Below, piece by piece: positions 26,500 through 39,444 of a DNA stretch of 64,000 nt. The stretch lies in the NCBI RefSeq assembly GCF_001194135.2, contig NC_068982.1, forward strand, positions 170,905,726 through 170,969,725, in the 5' to 3' direction. The number at the start of each line of letters is the position of its first letter. Position 1 is the first letter of the stretch. The position numbers and the translations under genes are program-made. Origin of the DNA: Octopus bimaculoides (Eukaryota). Under the pieces are notes generated by a model, which searched no databases, was not told the origin of the DNA, and was given only the letters and a program-made list of their open reading frames with translations.

Positions 26500-27170
26500 A
26501 GTCTTGTCTCAAGAGTTGGAGGAATTCTTAAGCCATGGTTGATACACCTAGGAGTATATAAGATATGCAAATATTAGAATCTGTCTGTTTCTTTTGGTTC
26601 CTTCCATATACTGAGTATAGAATATTGGGTTGGTATCCAGTGCGGGATACCTCACCTTATTTAGGCTTAAGAGTAAACAGAAGCTACCATTGTAGAAACG
26701 CAGTCGAAGAATGAGATCAGAAACACTGATATTGTAAGAATGAAAAAAAGAGATGTAATTCGGAAAAGAGAAAAGTCTGATAAGTTTGAGAGGAACCGTA
26801 GTGTGAAGAAAAAGGGGTTCAAAGTTGTGATAGGAATTAAAACTGAGGCTGAAGGTTAAAGTTCATAAACTGAAGAAATAGGAACAGAGAATTCAGCAAC
26901 GTTCGATCAAAACCAGAAACTGAATAGAAAAGAAAAAAATTGAAAACGCTGACGAGAGCAAGAGATTCTGGTCGAACATATAGTCTCAGGAGAAACAGCA
27001 CGAAATTGGAGCGGAGTAGTTACAATCTTTCAAAGTGGAGGAGGGTATCAGCAGATGAATTTGAGAATCACTGAGAAAATCGTTTGGAGATCTGTGCAAG
27101 AAATGGCCTAACTGAGAAGCACATTGAAAATACCGGAGTTACTGTCAAGCTTGAAGTGATCCAGGAAACA
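26500..27170 (+). mobile_element. R4/Dong-like LINE fragment upstream of the RT domain
   Basis: ENADESKRFWSNI*SQEKQH...KKWPN*EA resembles PDAEESKRFWSEIW...NWKAPG of R4/Dong ORFs. Confidence 0.65.
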
Positions 27171-27297
27171 CGTTTCTTGTTATGTTAAGTCTTGTATCGT
27201 TGAGATACAGAAGAAACACTTACTTGTAGCCTTTGTTAATTTGTTATTACCCGCTTTCAAGTAAAGTTAAAGCAGTTAATATGTTCTTTTCAAGTGG

Positions 27298-27379
27298 GAA
27301 GAAGAAGAAGAAGAAGAAGAAGAAGAAGAAGAAGAAGAAGAAGAAGAAGAAGAAGAAGAAGAAGAAGAAGAAGAAGAAG

Positions 27380-27408
<29 letters not shown>
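27298..27408. repeat. (GAA)37 microsatellite
   Basis: Direct reading; a (TCT)n tract of the same motif class lies at 39362-39443. Confidence 0.97.
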
Positions 27409-27410
<2 letters not shown>

Positions 27411-27485
27411 GAGGTCCAGAGAGACATCTGGCACTATCTCCTGTTTCAGAGATCTTGTTAATTCTTACCTGTAAAAATAAACAAT

Positions 27486-27903
27486 AAGCACATTTACATA
27501 TACTGACAGGGAAGAAAACCGACCCACAACGAGCGAGATCAGTATACTACTTTAGTTTCGCTTGATATTACAATCTCATCAGTAGTGGATACGTCATTGC
27601 TGGAAGGTTTGACTAAATCATGACTGTCTCAGTATATATATTTATGGTTGATTTAGCAAAATGCTAATGTTAAAATTCTAAAGTAACAAAGGCAGGTATG
27701 TGCAATACAAAACCAAAAAGGAAAAAAATTAATTGTCACTAATTGTGACATTAGAGTGTTGGGTGGCACCAATATTGCTAGAAATAAGAGTTAAAACACA
27801 CTTAGAGCCGCAAGAAAGCACATTTTCATCTACTGACAGGGGAGATAATCAGGCCACAGCCAGTGAGCTCACTCTACTAGTCTAGTCTCGATTGAAACTG
27901 CAA
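27486..27903 (-). mobile_element. Diverged 88-bp direct repeat, 330-bp period, with a degenerate hammerhead motif (retrozyme or pseudo-LTR remnant)
   Basis: 27486-27573 vs 27816-27903 align ungapped at 67/88. Copy 1 minus strand reads CTGATGA-GATTGTAATATCAAGC-GAAAC-TAAA-GTA. Confidence 0.6.
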
Positions 27904-28163
27904 GTTCATGAAAGCCTCTTTTCCTTTTGATTTTCTCGTCGCACCATCCTGTGAAGAGGAATCTTACTTTTTCCTGATTAAATTTTGTCCACTGCCTTTC
28001 GGATTTTTCTACATGTTGTCACTTCTCACGTTGTTTAATCATTTGACTTATACATGTTCGTATATAAATATGCAAACGCTCGCACACACACACACACACA
28101 TATATATATTCATGCATATAATACTATAGATATTTTATGTTATATATGCAAATGTGTATATAT

Positions 28164-29290
28164 TGATACGGACCGCCGAAGTACAAAATAGCGTCATGTC
28201 CCTATTCCCCGAGCTGGGTTTGAAACCGTACTCTGGTTGTTGAGGACAATGGTATTTCTTTTGTCCTGTCAACAAGCAAAGTTATTTTTAGCGTAGGAGT
28301 GACCGCTGACCCTTTCCGGTCATCGAAAGTTCAGAAAAACAAGTTAGGAACTGTACTAAACTGACCCAGCTGTGGAGGGGGTAACGTAGCACTGTCGGCT
28401 ACGGTAGTTGTCATAAATACGGTAGGTAGTTGGCGTACGCAGTTGGTATCGAGCAGTTGGCGTGAGCGGTCAGCCAGTGAAGATGTACAGCAGTTGATGT
28501 GAAGGCCAGCGGCCAGTAGAGAACCAAGATGAACAAAGAGACTGACAGAAAGAGGCTAAGAGAGAGAGGCTATTGTCAGAAGGTACCAGTCAGCAGAAAT
28601 GGATAGTGTCTGAGAGAGAGAGGGACAGAGAGATGGNNNNNNNNNNTCAGAAGGTACCAGTCAGCAGAAATGGATAGTGTCTGAGAGAGAGAGGGACAGA
28701 GAGATGGAACTGTTGTGGCAGGCAAAATATTGTAGTAGACTGCTTTGGTTAGTTCTTGTGATTGTAGTGGGATATTTGAAGGAAAGGAAATTCTTGCGGT
28801 GAAGGTTTGTTTGCATTTCTTTAAAGAAAAGTGTACTTGCGTTGTTATGTGATTTTGCAAAGAACTTTGTTAACTCTTGTTAATTGTGATATTAACTGGT
28901 TGAAAAGAAAGAAAAGAAAGAACTTTGTTGTTACATGTTGTTCAAAAAATAGAGAAACAAAGAAGTAAAGTAACTTTTAATTGACTTGAAATACGAACTC
29001 TGATTGTAAACTTTTGATTATGTTAAATGCTTGGAAACGCTATTGTTACATGTTAATGAACTATTGTTACGCAATGCTCTGTTTTGTATTGATGATGTAT
29101 TGTGATGTAAAGAAAAAAAAAGTTAGTTTCACTACGCAACGTATGGTCCTGTGTTATTTCTTCCTCCTTGCCTGTTACGTGCTCCGTCTGGGCTTAATAG
29201 TCGTGGCGAACATCCTGACTCGCTGAGCGCCGACGTTCGCACGCGCGCGAGTTTTCTCTTCGTTGAGGTGCTTCGCGTGCGGGCGTTCCT

Positions 29291-29294
<4 letters not shown>
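28164..29294. mobile_element. Probable solo LTR (Gypsy-like)
   Basis: Begins TGATA and ends TAACA (TG...CA, 4/5 inverted match), ATAT on both sides, GC/CpG-richer than its flanks, no coding remnant. The putative TSD lies in TA repeat, so it is weak evidence. Confidence 0.6.
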
Positions 29295-29327
<33 letters not shown>

Positions 29328-29386
29328 TATACATATATGTATATGTATAAATACACGTATATATGTGTTTTTATATATGAATACAC

Positions 29387-29424
<38 letters not shown>

Positions 29425-30756
29425 GTAAGCCTAAAAACACATGTACACACACTAGCATGCATATAGATGAATACTTTTATATTTGTATGTATTATATATC
29501 ACCATGGATACACAAAATATACAAACAAAATACAAGCATGCGTAGTCCTACCTATTTCAAATATACGAATGTGCCGTTAAAATCTCGTTATGTATAAACA
29601 AGCTCTTTTCGGCAATGGATGTATAGTAATTAACATGAGAAAACGTAAGTATAGAACAACTTAAATCTAAGTTTATCGTTCTAAAATATCTACTGAACAT
29701 GTAATGAGCTTTGATGTTCATTTACCTGCGTGGAAAAGTATGATATATAAGTGTAATGCGGAATTCTATGTATGAAATAATAGTATTTAAATGCTTTTAA
29801 TTTCTAATCATTATAATGCGCGAAAATCTCATTCACCTCGTTTAATAAACCGTTTTATGCCAACATTTCAGTAGTTCCCTGCGCGTATGACCCACACTAA
29901 CTACTTTAATACCTTTAAGGTTTCGCTAACTCTAATATAGTACAATACATCTTTAATTTGATAGTTTTACATTTGAGGTTCCCAAGGTATTGACGCTAAA
30001 TATTTAAACTGAAATTACTCAGGGAATGCTTTTGCGAGGTATAATATTGTTATGTCTCAAGCTACTGCTATCTAGCACCTTCGGATGATGTCTGCTCAAC
30101 AGCTCCACGACGGCTACTCAACTGTCAGTCTACTGTCAGTCCACTCCTACCACGGTCAGACTACCTCCATTTATATGTCTTGGTCGAGCCTACCTCTTCG
30201 CTTGGGAGCGTCGACACAACAAATTTATTTTGAAACAGTTAAAGAAGAAACGTTTCTCTTTAACTATTAGTTAAATTCTATATATCAGATATGTTTGAGA
30301 CAGTAACGTTTAAGCACATACAAACTGACATTTGTAAAATTACATTAACTTTTTGTGTTCTTCACAAAATATGACTATTATGAAATTATATTGGATTTCC
30401 AGTTGTTGCAGTAGATAAACATCACACTCGGTGTCATATATTTTAGATGCTATATTTATTTATTATATCACAAATTGATAGTGTAATTTGAATTTCGCAC
30501 TTGTATGTACTGCGCTTAACTACTAACCTTGGGCAAAATACGGTGTATATTGACGAAATTTAATGCTATAAACATGTCTGCGTTCATTTCTTCGCCTGAA
30601 GAAATAAACGCCTGGACGAAGACCCACCTGATGTCTATGGATATTAGAGATGGGACTGTAATTATACCAGGTATGCGGACTAAAGTAACAAAAATCTTGC
30701 CATATGCGGAAACGTCCATTGCGATGCATGAAACTATTTATAAAAGCCCTCTATGG

Positions 30757-30805
<49 letters not shown>

Positions 30806-30807
<2 letters not shown>

Positions 30808-31275
30808 GTTTTTTTCTTCTTTCTTCAAATTTTCTTCCATTTCTCGCCGAGTGTTTTCCGTACACCTAGGGCAGAGAAGCTCATTGTAGGCATTCCCAGT
30901 TTACACATACAAATTCACAGGTAAAATATGTATTTAAAAAAAATAATAAATAAGTACATTCTTGAATGGATGTTGTTTTCACAGCGATAATGTCCTTCTC
31001 AGTACATGAGTCGTTCCAGTTAACACGATTTTTTGCACTTCCTGTAGGGGTGGTAAGCCTGATATCATTTTCAAATATGTTTCAGTACCATTTTTTAAAT
31101 CATTCCTAGAGATCCTACAATCAATGGTACAGTAGACGCCTTGAGATGCCACATTTTGTTCAATTTCTATTAGTAAGTCTTTATATTTACTGATCTTGTC
31201 AAATTTTTTTGCCGCTATATAGTGATCGCAAGGAATACTCATATCAATTAATAAACGCACCTTTTTTGTCTGATC
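30806..31275 (-). mobile_element. R4/Dong-like LINE 3' end (RLE domain)
   Basis: ORF 30979-31260 LLIDMSIPCDH..AAKKFDKISKYKDLLIEIE...LQEVQKIVLTGTTHVLRRTLSL; (ATT)n tracts on both sides. Confidence 0.88.
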
Positions 31276-31340
<65 letters not shown>

Positions 31341-31375
31341 GTTGTTGTTGTTGTTGTTATTATTATTATTATTAA

Positions 31376-31407
<32 letters not shown>

Positions 31408-32313
31408 NNNNNNNNNNNNNNNNNNNNNNNNNNNNNNNNNNNNNNNNNNNNNNNNNNNNNNNNNNNNNNNNNNNNNNNNNNNNNNNNNNNNNNNNNNNNN
31501 NNNNNNNNNNNNNNNNNNNNNNNNNNNNNNNNNNNNNNNNNNNNNNNNNNNNNNNNNNNNNNNNNNNNNNNNNNNNNNNNNNNNNNNNNNNNNNNNNNNN
31601 NNNNNNNNNNNNNNNNNNNNNNNNNNNNNNNNNNNNNNNNNNNNNNNNNNNNNNNNNNNNNNNNNNNNNNNNNNNNNNNNNNNNNNNNNNNNNNNNNNNN
31701 NNNNNNNNNNNNNNNNNNNNNNNNNNNNNNNNNNNNNNNNNNNNNNNNNNNNNNNNNNNNNNNNNNNNNNNNNNNNNNNNNNNNNNNNNNNNNNNNNNNN
31801 NNNNNNNNNNNNNNNNNNNNNNNNNNNNNNNNNNNNNNNNNNNNNNNNNNNNNNNNNNNNNNNNNNNNNNNNNNNNNNNNNNNNNNNNNNNNNNNNNNNN
31901 NNNNNNNNNNNNNNNNNNNNNNNNNNNNNNNNNNNNNNNNNNNNNNNNNNNNNNNNNNNNNNNNNNNNNNNNNNNNNNNNNNNNNNNNNNNNNNNNNNNN
32001 NNNNNNNNNNNNNNNNNNNNNNNNNNNNNNNNNNNNNNNNNNNNNNNNNNNNNNNNNNNNNNNNNNNNNNNNNNNNNNNNNNNNNNNNNNNNNNNNNNNN
32101 NNNNNNNNNNNNNNNNNNNNNNNNNNNNNNNNNNNNNNNNNNNNNNNNNNNNNNNNNNNNNNNNNNNNNNNNNNNNNNNNNNNNNNNNNNNNNNNNNNNN
32201 NNNNNNNNNNNNNNNNNNNNNNNNNNNNNNNNNNNNNNNNNNNNNNNNNNNNNNNNNNNNNNNNNNNNNNNNNNNNNNNNNNNNNNNNNNNNNNNNNNNN
32301 NNNNNNNNNNNNN

Positions 32314-32375
<62 letters not shown>

Positions 32376-32893
32376 ACAGTTAATATTGCAAAACCACCGG
32401 ACGGTACGTTTCCACATGAATAATAATCATAATTTTTATCATGAACGTAATTATTCGAATGCTTATAAATTTTCTCTATCAAATAGGTTATGCTAATAAT
32501 ATTAACTTTTCATTGCTCTGTCATATCAGCTGATGTTTCGTTAAATAGCATTTTAATTCACTAGAATTAATATCTTTCGACCTGAATACACTATAAGCAT
32601 GATAGCTTTGTTTGAAATGCGTAATGTTTTCCGAGATTGTATTCCAACATTCTTTTAGTTGAATCATCAATCATAATACTCCAAATTTGTATTTTCAATA
32701 ATTCCACTGTTCCATTATATCAGAAAAATATACTTTTCGCCTATTGCACTGTTGCAAGTTTTTCATCTTATCTCATGTGTGTGCGTGCATATGAATATGC
32801 TCGAATCTGTATCTGTGCAAATGTGAAGGCATTTTAACTTGTCTAGCAAAGTTATAAAGAAATCAATTTATACATACCTATATATACATATAG

Positions 32894-32949
<56 letters not shown>

Positions 32950-35900
32950 GCACTCACATATATAGTGTATATGTATGTGTGTTGGCCTTTTAACTTGTTT
33001 GGCATATTTATAAAGCGTTCAACGAATGCAACCGATATAACATGTTTGATGTTTTCTGTATAATCATGCCACTAAGTACAAATCATTTCCGAAAATTGAA
33101 TAAACATATATAAATAATTGAGCATAATAAAATATAAAGACATTTGAGCATGAAAGAAATTTATCGATTTCTTTTCTTTTCTTTTTTTTTTAGTTAAGAA
33201 TTATCGAGATATATTATATTAGTGTTCAATTCAAGTATTTTCTATATATTATCAAAGGAAGGAAAATATTAAAAAATGAGATAAAAGTTATGCAAAAAGA
33301 TTATGTATCAATGGATATATTATTATTAATGAGTCAATAAATCCTCATTCTATTTATATGTACACCCACAATCACACTTACAGACAAAAAAAAATCAACA
33401 AATTTTTCTAGTACAGGGACTATTTTCAAAATATGAATTATTGTACTTGTGTGTATGAGTGTGCACTCGCGTATGTGTGTGTTTGTTGCAGTTTTAGTTA
33501 CTACAATAACGGTTTTGTAATGCTTTTATAAAAAACCTCATTCCTATGTTTGTACGGACACAGATATATAAAATTGCATCTTTTAAATGTTCAGTACGAA
33601 ATGTTTTTATTGCGGTGTATTGGTAATATCAGCGTTATCTTGAATAGGAAGCGGTTTTAAAATGTTATGCATAAATAAGATCTGATGCTCTAGTGAATAT
33701 AAGTGGGTGCAATCAACAAGAAAACTAGGTGCAATTTTCAATAGGAAACCTGAATATCGTCATGTAAATTGTAAAAATATAATGCCACAAAGAAACAGAA
33801 AGAGGAAATGTCCATTTCTATCTTCGATGAATTAAATCCAGTGTCGCAATTGAAGTGAAAATTAATTTTAAATGTTATTCTCTAATTTAAAGGTTTCAGA
33901 CATTTCCGACACAATCTACCCCGCAAAACAGACAATAATTATCATATTTTGGCGTGTGAGTTTTTGTTCATATCAATTATTCGTTATTCCTGTGTCTCTT
34001 ATTTGTATAATCATGGAAGTCACAATATTCTATATAAAATAAGATTTCAAAGAGTCCGGTAACTGATATTTGACAAATGCATTCAATGCCAAAAAAAAAA
34101 AAAAAAAAAAGCTAAAATAAAAGAAATAAACTAAGAAATAAAAAAAATATTTGAATATAAAAAGCATTATTTAGTATTTGCGTCTGAATAGCTAAAAGCC
34201 CTAAAGAATTTTGTTCGATAAATTCAAAATTCTAAATCAACTAAAACTCGTGAAAACAGTATTGTCTTCTACTTCACTTAAATTATTATTTTCTAGTTAT
34301 TATTAGATCAAAAGTAATAATCAAGAATAGAATTTTACAGATTTGTAATATAAGATTTCATTTTTTTCCATGTTCTATTTGGATTCAGAATTTAGAGAGT
34401 TAGTTGGAAGGAGACCTTTCTATAACGGAAATCATTTGATGAGACATTTGGGAGAGATTTGGTACAATGAAATTTTTTTTACTTGTATAGTTGTTTTTGA
34501 AATGTTTAGTTTTTGTCAGTCTGATACCGAGAGGCAGTGAAGTATCATTAAGTATTGATGAGAACAAAATGGATAATTTTCAAATGCTATATTCTTTGTA
34601 TACTTTTAAATATAAGAAGACAATAGTATCTAATTTTAGAAGTTTGGGTCTGCTTTGCAACGTTAATAAGTACAAATATCATGTAGGTGGAAAATGCTAT
34701 TCACAAGCAAAACGAAAAGAAACAAATAATATTTATGTATTTGGTTAAGTGTACACCAAATATAATAAACTATATTTTGATATTTTTCACTTTAGATAGG
34801 GACAGAATAAATTAAATAAGCAGACAATATCGAAAATTAGTCGGAAAAACAAATCAAATCCAGCAGAATATATTCTGATGAATTGTGTTAGAATACTGCA
34901 ATGTCAGCGTTGCATTTAATATTAAGTACAAGGAATTTACTACAGTTACTTCAATTTCTCTAAAGGCTAGGCATTTCTCCTGAAATACGTAATTTTGCGC
35001 TACTTGCTAAAACTAATAATATTAGTGAATTAGCAAAGGCAAGTATTGTCACATTCACTTGTTAATGCACATGGTTATTTAATTCATCTTTATTGCAAGA
35101 TCTATTCATTAGAATTAATAAATTTTATTTCATATTGATCAGCGAATATATTACACGCTCTTACAAACCCCAAGAACATTAACTACATAAAGAGGCAAAA
35201 TATTATTAGTCACAAATACTACTATACCTTTCAATGAATCAAGTCATCAATTTATGGCCGTCAGGTTACTGTGGTTGTTTTCGCGTTCAGTGACCAAGAG
35301 TTTTCACTGTTGTGTGTTTTATGCTTCTATCTTCACTGATCAAAACTATCTTTTTTTTACTGTTTTTCACAGAAAACTAGCATCTATTACATAAGAAAAT
35401 AAGTTTTATATTACGAGTTGATAAAATATTCCTCAAATACATGTTGCTTCATATCATTACAAGTATGGTTCCATGTTTATTTCAACATCACCATATACTA
35501 GCCCAAGAATGAATATAATTTCTGATCTCACCATATGAAACGATGAAAATTCTCAAATTTGAACGTAATATGTATTTTTCATTTATCCGTTTTATCTTCA
35601 TTTTAAATAACAGGATGAGAAATCGTGTAAATATGTAATATTTTCACAAGTGCTAAAATTATATTGGGAGTCAGTTGTTTATGTTATTTTTGTCACACAC
35701 TTATCTCGAATTAAAATTTCTAAAAGTTCATATTAATCGAAAATTGTATTAGTCTGTATCATTAAAACATTTGCAGCCTCAGCTATAAAACATGACCCTA
35801 TTGTTCTTTTACTAAAGTAGATCGGATTTTGATATTATAGGATACAATTCTGAGAAAAACTGTTTGCATAGAATATTAAGTTCGATTATCCAGTGACTAC

Positions 35901-36589
35901 GTATAGCTATAGGCAATGTTACTACAAAAAACTAAGCAGAACTGAACGGTTAAAACTTTGCTTTTGAATACTGAAATCCTGTGTTTCATTACAATGGCTT
36001 ACTATGATAATAGTAAAGTAATTTAGTCATAGTCTTCGATTCAACAAAATCATGGGAGAAAACTTTCGGTCGATAGGAAAGTGTATGAACTACATCAAAT
36101 GGAATATGTCTAGATAATGCAGGTCCGATCCAGTGACATGTTATTTTGCTGAAGATTAATAAGAGCTAACATAAGGACATAGATTTCTCTTACAATACTC
36201 ATCCACTTATGTTGTAATATAACGAGTACGTTGTAATATATAACGATTGCATTTATATAACGAGAAAGTTGATTGAAGAAATAGTTTCACTATCATCTGT
36301 GGGGAATAGTCGAGTTTCAGAATGTAATTTAATAAGAAAGCAATTATTAAAGATGCCCACCAAATTTCCTACTCATAAAAGCGCGGATAACGTTCATTGT
36401 ACAAGGGAAAGTAGATCGATTAAAAGAAATATCTTCCCATACATTTCGAGTCATTTGAACTGAAGACGCTGTGGAAGTTAATTCAATACTACATGATGTG
36501 TTTTCTGTTACCCTGCTGATCCACAGGGCAACTTATGTGAATGAATGATGTAACATTTTAACATATATCTGATGGAATATTAGTTCTGG

Positions 36590-36740
36590 TGGGATACTCG
36601 TTCTAATTCCGCTGAGGTCGACTTTGACTTTTATCCTTTCGGGGTCGATAAAATAAGTAACAATTGATCACTGGAGTTGATGTAATCGATTTACACCCTC
36701 AGCGAAATTGTTGGCCTTTGCCAAAATTTAAGACTATTAT
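36590..36740 (+). mobile_element. tRNA-derived SINE (Deu/Nin-like family), 5'-truncated
   Basis: AATTCCGCTGAGGTCGACTTTGACTTTTATCCTTTCGGGGTCGATAAAATAAGTA. Confidence 0.85.
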
Positions 36741-36759
36741 TTATTTATTTTGTCTCAGG

Positions 36760-37940
36760 CTTTGTTGTAACTCTTGGTGTCATGCATGCGTAGTGGGCTT
36801 GCATCCTGCAGCCTACAGTGTTCTGTTCAATTATCTGTTCTTTTCAACTATCTAATACTTTCCTGGTTAATCTGGTCGTGCCAAGGAGGCAAAACTTATG
36901 TAACAGTTCTACTAAGCATTCTGATACTGTCTTCAAGGACCGATCAATAATGGGCGGTTTCTTTACCTTCTTCACATTCCATAGCTGGGCTAATTCGTAC
37001 TTAACAGGATTGCATATAATTATTTTTCGCCTTCCTTTTTCACTATTTGTGGGTCAAAGTGGCACGCAACATGAATATGAGGTGCATCTTGTCCTCCACC
37101 CTCAGATCCGGTATGTTATACTCTAGCCTCCCTAACTCCCTGCGGTTTGTGGTCATATCATTTCTTGTCTCTCTCTCTGGTCTCCACTTTTCGCACACTT
37201 TTCAATGTAACTGTTTCGCAACCTCATTGTGTCGACACAACTTGTAGTGGTTTTTGGACAGATCTGGGGCATTTGTTTGCGATATGGGCAATGGCTTCAT
37301 CCACTCTATTACAGATGTGGCACAGTAAAGACACATGCTCATTCCTCAGGTTTATCTTCCAATTCGTGCCCAAATCTTGATCTTGCGTTGCTGAAGATTA
37401 AGAGTTAACATAAGGACATAATTTTTTCTTTAGCATTCAGCTTTGAACCCAATAATTTTCTCACTCACCGCAGGGACTCTTTCTTTGCATTTTATTTTAT
37501 ATTGCTGTTTAATTCTATCTGCTTCAAGTATACCCGAGTATTTTTAAATTGGATACAGGTTCAATTGCCTTCACTATTTCACCAATTTGGCATACATATA
37601 CCTTCTGTCCTGGCAAGCTTTCCTCGTCGCATCATCATTGTAGCACATTTTGAGAGTGCAAACTTCATCTTGATATCATTCGAGCAAATCCACACAAGCT
37701 GGATTAGGCTGTGAAGTTCTGTTGTATATTTTTGTGAACAACCTCGAGTCGTCCACAAATACCAAGTAGTTCAGTTTTCTCTTACAGCTTCCCAGTTCAT
37801 ACTGCAACTTTGTCTTCTGTGGTATTTCACTCAAGGGGATCACTCCCAGCACAAAGATCAGTGGGGCGACAATGCCCGCCTGGAATATTTCTCTCTTAAT
37901 TTTCACCTCTCCTCATACTTCATTCCCGGCTGTCAATTCA
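36760..37940 (-). mobile_element. R4/Dong-like LINE with RT remnant, internal deletion and 3' region
   Basis: RT motifs REIFQAGIVAPLIFVLGVIPLS...KLNYLVFVDDSRLF, then KLLGSKLNAKEKI joined almost directly to TQDQDLGTNW and a zinc-finger remnant. Confidence 0.85.
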
Positions 37941-37946
37941 GTTCTC

Positions 37947-38016
<70 letters not shown>

Positions 38017-38019
38017 GTT

Positions 38020-39150
38020 ATCCTGAAAGATTCTCGGAGAGTGCATAATTACCGGTTATTCTTTACTTACAAGCAGGCAACAGGAAATCATCCCGTTGTC
38101 ACGTGGGCATGCTATGTCGATTATCATACACGTTATTTCCTTTCTATTCAACAATGTTCGGTTTCCGATGTCAGGACGGCTGATCGCACTAGATCATTGC
38201 ATTCCACAGGATTTTGCAATTCGCATTTTCGACAACTTCTGGAGTTTTCTCATACCATGACTTTGGTGATTCCCACAGAGCCCCCAATGGATCATTCTTG
38301 CCACATTGCCATGGCGTCTTTTGTATTCTCGTTGTGCCAATTTCGGGCTTTCGCTAACGATGTACCATACCGTCTCACCCCTCTCACCACACATTCTGCA
38401 TTTGTCGCTGTCGGTAGTGTTGTCTCATCTGCACTTCACATAGTTGGTCCTTAACTCTTGTTCCTAAACTGCTTCTGTCTCTATCTTCAGGCCACTCTTC
38501 CTTACCCATAGCCACCTGCCCTATGTACCTGTCTTCTCGTTCACATCTCTTGCAAACTGACTTAACATTTTCTTTTCCTTCCATGCTTTTTCTTTTCTAT
38601 CGTTCTATCATGTTTGAATATTTTTTCGTCACACAATTTTCAGTTTTGATGATGTCGGCCTTCTTCATCTATTTCAACAGTTGTTCGATGGCATTTTTTA
38701 TATACCACCATAACGTTGTTTCCTCTGCTTCGATAAGTCCTGGCAACTGATCAAACCACTCCCACCCTTTCTTCTAGACACGTACAAATTATCGTTGCTA
38801 CTCTTAATGTAGAAATCTCCGTGTACTGTCAACATTTTTCTGACTTGGTATCCACTTTCTTCACTTCTATCTTTTGCCAGTTTATAATTCCCGCTCTGTG
38901 TCTTGAGTGATGCTATAGCCCACGTATTAACTGCTTGGATTTTATTCTATTTCGTCAATTTTGAGCGCAACGACAACCTCAGTCTTCGGAAATACATCAT
39001 CATCAGTTCCTCTTTCATTTCCTCTTCCACTATCTCGTTGAACTCTAGTACATCAAGGTATTTGTATCCTTCTGTTCCAATTTGTTTAAGGAAGTCTGTA
39101 TTCGCTAATTCTATTCCTGCTATGGACTGTACATTGCCTCTCTTTAGGTA
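38020..39150 (-). mobile_element. R4/Dong-like LINE, RT C-terminus to RLE
   Basis: GYKYLDVLE, FRRLRLSLRSKL..NKIQAVNTWA, LYVSRRKGGSGL, CGERGETVWYIVSESPKLAQREYKRRHGNVARMIHWGLC, KILWNAM; 3' end abuts (TAT)n at about 37945-38018. Confidence 0.9.
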
Positions 39151-39413
39151 GATTATTCAACACTTCTTGAGTTCAAATTTCTTTCTAATATCAATACTAT
39201 TAATATTAACGTTGTTGTTGTTGTTGTTGTTGTTGCTGCTATTGTTATTATTATCATCATTTTCTTTTAATTTGCATGTTCGTTGCAATAACTTGCCGAG
39301 ACAACTCCAGTATCCTAGTTCGGATGAAGGATGAGATGACTGAAACCTGGGTAAGGGAAAATCTTCTTCTTCTTCTTCTTCTTCTTCTTCTTCTTCTTCT
39401 TCTTCTTCTTCTT

Positions 39414-39444
<31 letters not shown>

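Noticed and set aside
28576-28707. 61-bp tandem duplication inside the putative LTR
   Set aside because: Identical copies sit on either side of a 10-N gap, typical of an unmerged contig overlap.
30529-30756. About 76 open non-repeat codons before the (ATT)n tract
   Set aside because: No recognisable motif or splice signals; both strands have short ORFs, so coding status cannot be supported.
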